A stretch of 64,000 nucleotides of DNA from the human T2T-CHM13v2.0 reference genome, Homo sapiens, in the NCBI RefSeq assembly GCF_009914755.1, contig NC_060928.1; one strand, written 5' to 3'. Below, piece after piece: positions 58,501 to 64,000 of the stretch. The notes beneath the pieces were generated by a model, which did no database searches, was not told the origin of the DNA, and worked only from the letters and a program-made list of their open reading frames with translations. The position numbers and the translations under genes were made by a program. The stretch's first letter is position 1. Each line of letters begins with the position of its first letter.

Positions 58501-60310
58501 ATCAAACCATAAAAAGACATGAATGAATATTAAATGCATATTGCTACATTAAAAAAGCCAAACTGAAAGGTGCTACTTTCTGTATGATTCCCATTATATA
58601 GCATTCTAGAAAAGATAATGCTATAGCAGCAGTAAAATGATCAGTGGAGGGCAGTGAAACTATTTTGTATGATGCTTTAGTGGTGGATATGTCATCCTAA
58701 GCATTTGTGAAAATCTTATAGAACCTCACAGCACAAAGTGTAAACCTTAATGTATGAAAATTAAAAGACATCATTTCGAGTTCAGGGATCCCAGGATGGA
58801 AAGCAGGCTGTGAAAAATACAATCTACATATATTATGAATTATAGAACCACCTCACTGAAGATGGTGAGGGAAAATGTGCTGACCTAAGCTAAGTACCTT
58901 TAGAAAGGAGTGCAGTCTGAAAGGTTAAAGGCAAAATATATTGTACATAAGCACTGTGCTCTAGTTCATAACATGGTCCCCTATGGAGGTATGACTCTGA
59001 CAGTGCTATAAATGCATATGAGAACAGAACAATTAGACAGAGGTTTGGCAGATAGTAGAAGATCGGGTTTTTAATTGTTGGAGTGCGAGGTTGCAGATAA
59101 GCAAGTGGAAAAGCATATGCCATGTAATAATGGGTCAGAGTTGGAGACATTAATATGAACTCATGTTTAGTTTAATATGGATAAATGTGATTACATAACA
59201 CGTATATATGCTTAGGTTAGTATACATTCATATCTCACTGCTGTGTCACTTGACGGGTCCCGGAAACAATGATACCCTAGTGGCAACAAATATGCCGAGT
59301 GCCCCGATTTTGGTTTTTAATATTATTCTCCAGTAAAAGGAACCAGGGCTGCTTTAAAAAATGGCTGATTCTGGGGCTAGGGTAGGAAAAATACAAGATG
59401 AGCCTGGAGAAACTTGTAGCGCTAGAAAGTAAGGAAATGCTTAAAAACAAGGCAAAACAAGACACAAACCAAACACAATTTGGGGCATATATTAAAGAGA
59501 CACAGTAGCCAAACAAAATAGCTCCACAATGACCAAAGCTGACACAATTTGAGCAACAAAATAAAGTAGTAACAGATTATGACCCAAAGTATAACATAAA
59601 CACCCACAAGTCTATACTGATATAATGAATGATTGAATAAAGAAATAAATGGAGGAGAAAGACAGTCTCTTGTGCAGAACTGTCATTTCTCTGCTCAAAA
59701 GTGGAGGAGAAACATAACCTCCCACACCATTGTGAACTGTACATAGAAACTGCCTTCCGAAGAGTACAATATGAAAAGACAGAAAAATAACTTTATAGTA
59801 GAGAAACCTGAAAAACATACCTTAGCCAGGTAATCAAAATGATGTATTGACTTCAGATGTGTTGGAAATGGTACTTTACCTGAACGATTTCCCTCTTAAA
59901 AACACATAACTCCAGTCTAATCATCAGAAAAAAAAAATCAGAACAATCTCAATTGAGGAACACTCTACAACAAACCTGATCAATAATCTTCAAAACTGTC
60001 ACGGACATGAAAAGCAAGGAAAGTCTAAGAAACTGTTACAGCTAAGTGGAACCCAAGGAGACCCGAAAACTAAATGTAATGCAGCCTGCATGAGATGCTG
60101 CTAAAAAATTGGATAAAATGAAAAAAATACGAATGAAGTTTGCACTTTGGTTAATAATAACATATTAATATTGATTCACTAATTGTAATAAATATGTACC
60201 CTATCACAGTAAGATGTTAATAATAGGAGAAATGGGGTGTAGAGTATATGGGAACTCCTTGCAATAGGTTTGCAGTTTTCTAAAATTTAAAAAATATTAT
60301 TTAAAAAATG
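55585..60310 (+). mobile_element. Large old L1 (L1MC3/L1M4-like): 5' region, partial ORF1, distal ORF2, long 3'UTR
   Basis: ORF1-like remnant ~56600-57000, ORF2-like remnant ~57000-58500 (tgttcatggatgggaaga, ggagaactcacactaccc, aaaagacaagccacagactggga), and L1MC-type 3'UTR motifs to ~60300. Confidence 0.8.
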
Positions 60311-62069
60311 TGAATTATATTTTCAGGTCGGTGAAAACTACATCTTATTTCAATATACAGTTCTAAGCCATAACCTGTAGAAAAGTTTGTGTGTCCAAAG
60401 GCTAATTAATGATTTAATAACACTAACAAATTGTTCCAAATTCTATGGTTTAGGCATTTATTGTAAGGAAAGATAACAGATAAAGTTAGAAATTTTGAGT
60501 GGAGTTATTTTTTACCTTCTTAAGAAAAATAACTATGGGAGACTGGAAGAAAAACATATATCACTGATTTAGGACTAAACAGTGAAATAAAAGTTGTTTC
60601 ATTTTTCAAAAGTACTCACCTCTGGACTTAAAATAAGCCAGGTTCCACTCCCGTCTCTCTTTAAATAAGGGAATTTGGTATGAAACTAAAATTCACAGAA
60701 TTTAAAGCAATGCCTTAAGAATATGTTTTGCTATGTGTATCAGACATACACACTTTCTCAAGCTTCTGTTTCTCAAAGGCATGAAACTATGAGTGTATAA
60801 GAAGGGTAAAGAAAAGGAAGCTTGGGTTTCTTGAGCAGCCCTTTATGAACACACTTAAAGTGTCTGAGTAAAATATGGGTTTACAGCTTTCTCCAGTGTG
60901 AAACATCTTTTGAATATAATAAGTTTAGCAAGGATACTTGACACAACAGTAAGTTTATTTTTTCACATAGATTTATTAAGAAACTGTATTGCCATGTGGA
61001 TTTAAGTTCTGATTGTAATAACTTTGTAATCCAACCCAGGGATTTATGGCCTGCATCTTAAAAGCCATTGGAATGATTAGATATTTTGCATAAACATTTC
61101 TAAAATACAGTTTTTACTAGCCACATGCAGCCTGAAAAAAATGGCTTCCAGGAAGATCAGTTTTATTTCTGTCATACTCTTTGAGTTGATTTCAAGAAAA
61201 TTGCATCACTCATTACCTATAAAGTGTGTATGAAAGACCTATGGCTTTATAACAGATAGGCATGAGTGAATATTTAATATAAATATTTTACATACATTTT
61301 ATTATTTCACTTAAAAGCACAACAGCTGGGGTGGGGGTGTTTTATTATTTAATATAATATAAAATCTAAATAGTTAACATGTGAAAATGTAACTAAATAC
61401 TTGCCTGAATGTCTAGGTTTATTTTGGGGATTTTTATCATTTATATGAATATAGTTTTTTTCTGATAAATTTTGCAAAACCCTAAAGATTAAAAAAAGTC
61501 ATCTACAATTTTTCCTTCTGTCTCTGCCCTTATTAAGGTAATATGGATCTCCATTTTTTTCCTTTCCCATAGTAACAGCTGAAATTTCTACTAAATTTCT
61601 CAGAACCAAAGAGATATTTTTATCTTTTGACACTGTAACTCTTCTAAAAGAGTTATATATTTTCTTCTTGACTTTGGTCTCTAGGGAACTCAGAAATCAA
61701 TTAACAACATCATTTAATTTTTTTTAATGTCTCTAGTATTTATGTTTACTTACTTAGTGTAATCTTGAGCATGTTTTAATGCCTGAACATCATTAGCCAT
61801 TGGTATTCAACTTTTTTACCTATTTTTAACTATTCCAAAAATCTATATAGTTCTCTCAAAATTATTTTGCAAATTATAAAAACTACACTCAGATAAATAT
61901 ATTTCTAAACTGTATTATATACCAAGAGTCAAAGAATTCTTTTTTAGGTAAAACAGTAATTTATTTCAGGTTTCAAAATATACATGTAGAATGAAAATAG
62001 AGAAAAAATAGCATACAAGTTGGGAAAAGAGACTATATGGAATTACGTGTTCTGATTATAAAGCTGTAG

Positions 62070-62070
<1 letters not shown>

Positions 62071-62100
<30 letters not shown>
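62071..62100. repeat. (TA)15 microsatellite
   Basis: Direct reading. Confidence 0.97.
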
Positions 62101-62103
<3 letters not shown>

Positions 62104-62189
62104 GGACTGTAGTAGTTTATATAATATATATAATAATATATTATGAATTATATATTATTCAAATATCAATTATACAAAAGTAGGTAAGT

Positions 62190-62850
62190 CAATACATGTC
62201 TAGGTAACCGTTTACCCAGAGGTAGTCAAACTAAAAGTTAAGGGCAAAATTCTCACCTTCACTTTAAATACTAGCCAGAAGCCCAGAGGTCCCCATGGCC
62301 ATACTCACTTCTAACCAGCTGGCTGTAAAATTGGGGTTCCCACAGCACTGAGTTTTAATAATTCACTTAGACCAATTCATAGAACTCAGGAAAGCACAGT
62401 ACTTTAAATTACAGTTTTATTATAGCAAAAGGAATCAAGTTAGAACTACCCAAAGAAAAGACATAAGGAGAAGTCTAGAAGCCTTTCAAAAGTGAAACTA
62501 CTACAGACCTTGAGGACATGTTACTCTCCCAACAATGACGTATCACAATGACCAAAAAGTACTGCCAGCCAGGGAAGCTCACCTGAGTTTTGGTGCCTAT
62601 ATTTTTATTGGTGTCTTACCTAGACATGATTGAATCATCACTCACATGACTCAGTCTCCAGGCCCCCTAAATTGCCTGGAGATTAGGGTGATATCACATG
62701 ACTCAAATTTCTAATCACATGGTTAGTCTTTCTGGCACGGCTAGACTTTATCCTAAGTCATCTCATTAGTGTAAACCATCTAGGGACTCGCCATGAGTCA
62801 CCTCATAAGCATAAACTATCAGTTGTGGTCTGAGACGCCCAACATAAAAT
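62190..62850 (-). mobile_element. MER21-family LTR
   Basis: tagaactcaggaaagca...ttacagttttattatagcaaaagga...ccagggaagctcacctgagt...ctaatcacatggttagtctttctgg motifs. Confidence 0.75.
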
Positions 62851-64000
62851 CCCTCTCTTCCTTCTTCATCCATTTTTTAAACTATGATATTTACATAAAG
62901 TGATGACAAAAAGAGATAAAGTACTAATGTATTATCAGTTATTCTTGCCATCTAATTTCTTTGTTAGATAACTGGTGATAATGACAATAAATATAAATTT
63001 GGCAACACTAAATATATGGAGGCCTATCTGTGGATTTCCTTCCATATATGAAGTTAATTGGACACACATATCCATAATATAGTAGAATTTACTTATTTTA
63101 ATAATAAACTTATTATATATAATCTAATTAGAATTAATTCAAATGGTAGAAATATAATGAATATGCCATTGTATACTCGGTCCCCTTTCTTCAGGGACAC
63201 TTTACCTGAAAAATGACTCAGATACTGACTACCAAGGCTTTCTTTTTTTGCAGTAGGCTAATTTGCCACACACTATTCTTTGCCATTCCCAGAAATTACT
63301 TTGTTCAAATTCCAAGAATATTAATATAGGTATTCACTGGTATCTAAGTTTAAAATATCACAATTTAATTGATTATAAACAAACATCCAAAATTCAAAGT
63401 GATAATAGCTATATCAACTTTCATCAATTTCCTTTTTTTTTTTTTTTTTCCTGAGAAGCTTATTCTTCGGGTGAGTAGTCTCCTCTTCTGTATTCATTTC
63501 CCTGTTATTTCTCTCCCTGCCTCATACTCTCACACTTGTGGACATGCTATCTACACTAGAATACTTCATCAGTAGCTCAGCAATATTTTGCCTGGTTACT
63601 TACCTGTTTCCCCAATTATCTGAACTTGGTAGTTTGTTTATTCCATCACCAGAAGGCCTTTTGCATTGCATTACTATTAGTTGTTAATTTTCTGCCTCAC
63701 CACCTGCTCTGAGAGTACTCCAAGAAATGGATGGGTGCAATTTCAAATGGGGCTTTTATATCTCCAGGACCAAGAACAGATCATAGCACTCAATAATGTT
63801 CAACATTCAAATATCAAATATCAATATCAAAATAGGAAAAATAGTATCAAAATAAAAATTTTGTCATAAATTAATGAGAAAAATTTATGACCCAATGATG
63901 AATACTATTTTGCTGTCTACATGAAAAATACATAAGAATACTATAAAATATAAATTAAAAGGAAAATCATACAGAGAGAAGTTCATTTGTGAGGATATGA

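Overview
AT-rich, CpG-poor, repeat-dense human (primate) genomic DNA. The only host coding sequence I can support is one minus-strand exon at 49629-49777. It carries a 38-nt 5'UTR and 37 codons, [37 protein letters not shown], which I recognise as the N-terminus of the E3 ubiquitin ligase MARCHF1 (MARCH1). The rest of the window is therefore inferred to be two very large MARCHF1 introns, filled with Alu, L1, L2, MIR, LTR (ERVK, ERV1, ERVL, MaLR) and DNA-transposon relics plus microsatellites. The other ORFs in the track are repeat-derived or chance ORFs. I find no convincing new biological system. The most interesting signals are retrotransposition anomalies visible at base resolution: a tail-less internal L1 fragment bounded by a 9-bp direct repeat, two 5'-inverted (twin-primed) L1s within 0.8 kb, an ERVK solo LTR inserted 11 bp into a truncated Alu, a young AluYe inverted against an AluY, and a possible processed 3'UTR retrocopy. 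Also notable are a 40-bp inverted duplication framing a microsatellite and a triple 3' splice site with a start-stop uORF at the MARCHF1 start exon. Repeat subfamily names come from recalled consensus sequences, not a database search, and boundaries of old repeats are approximate.
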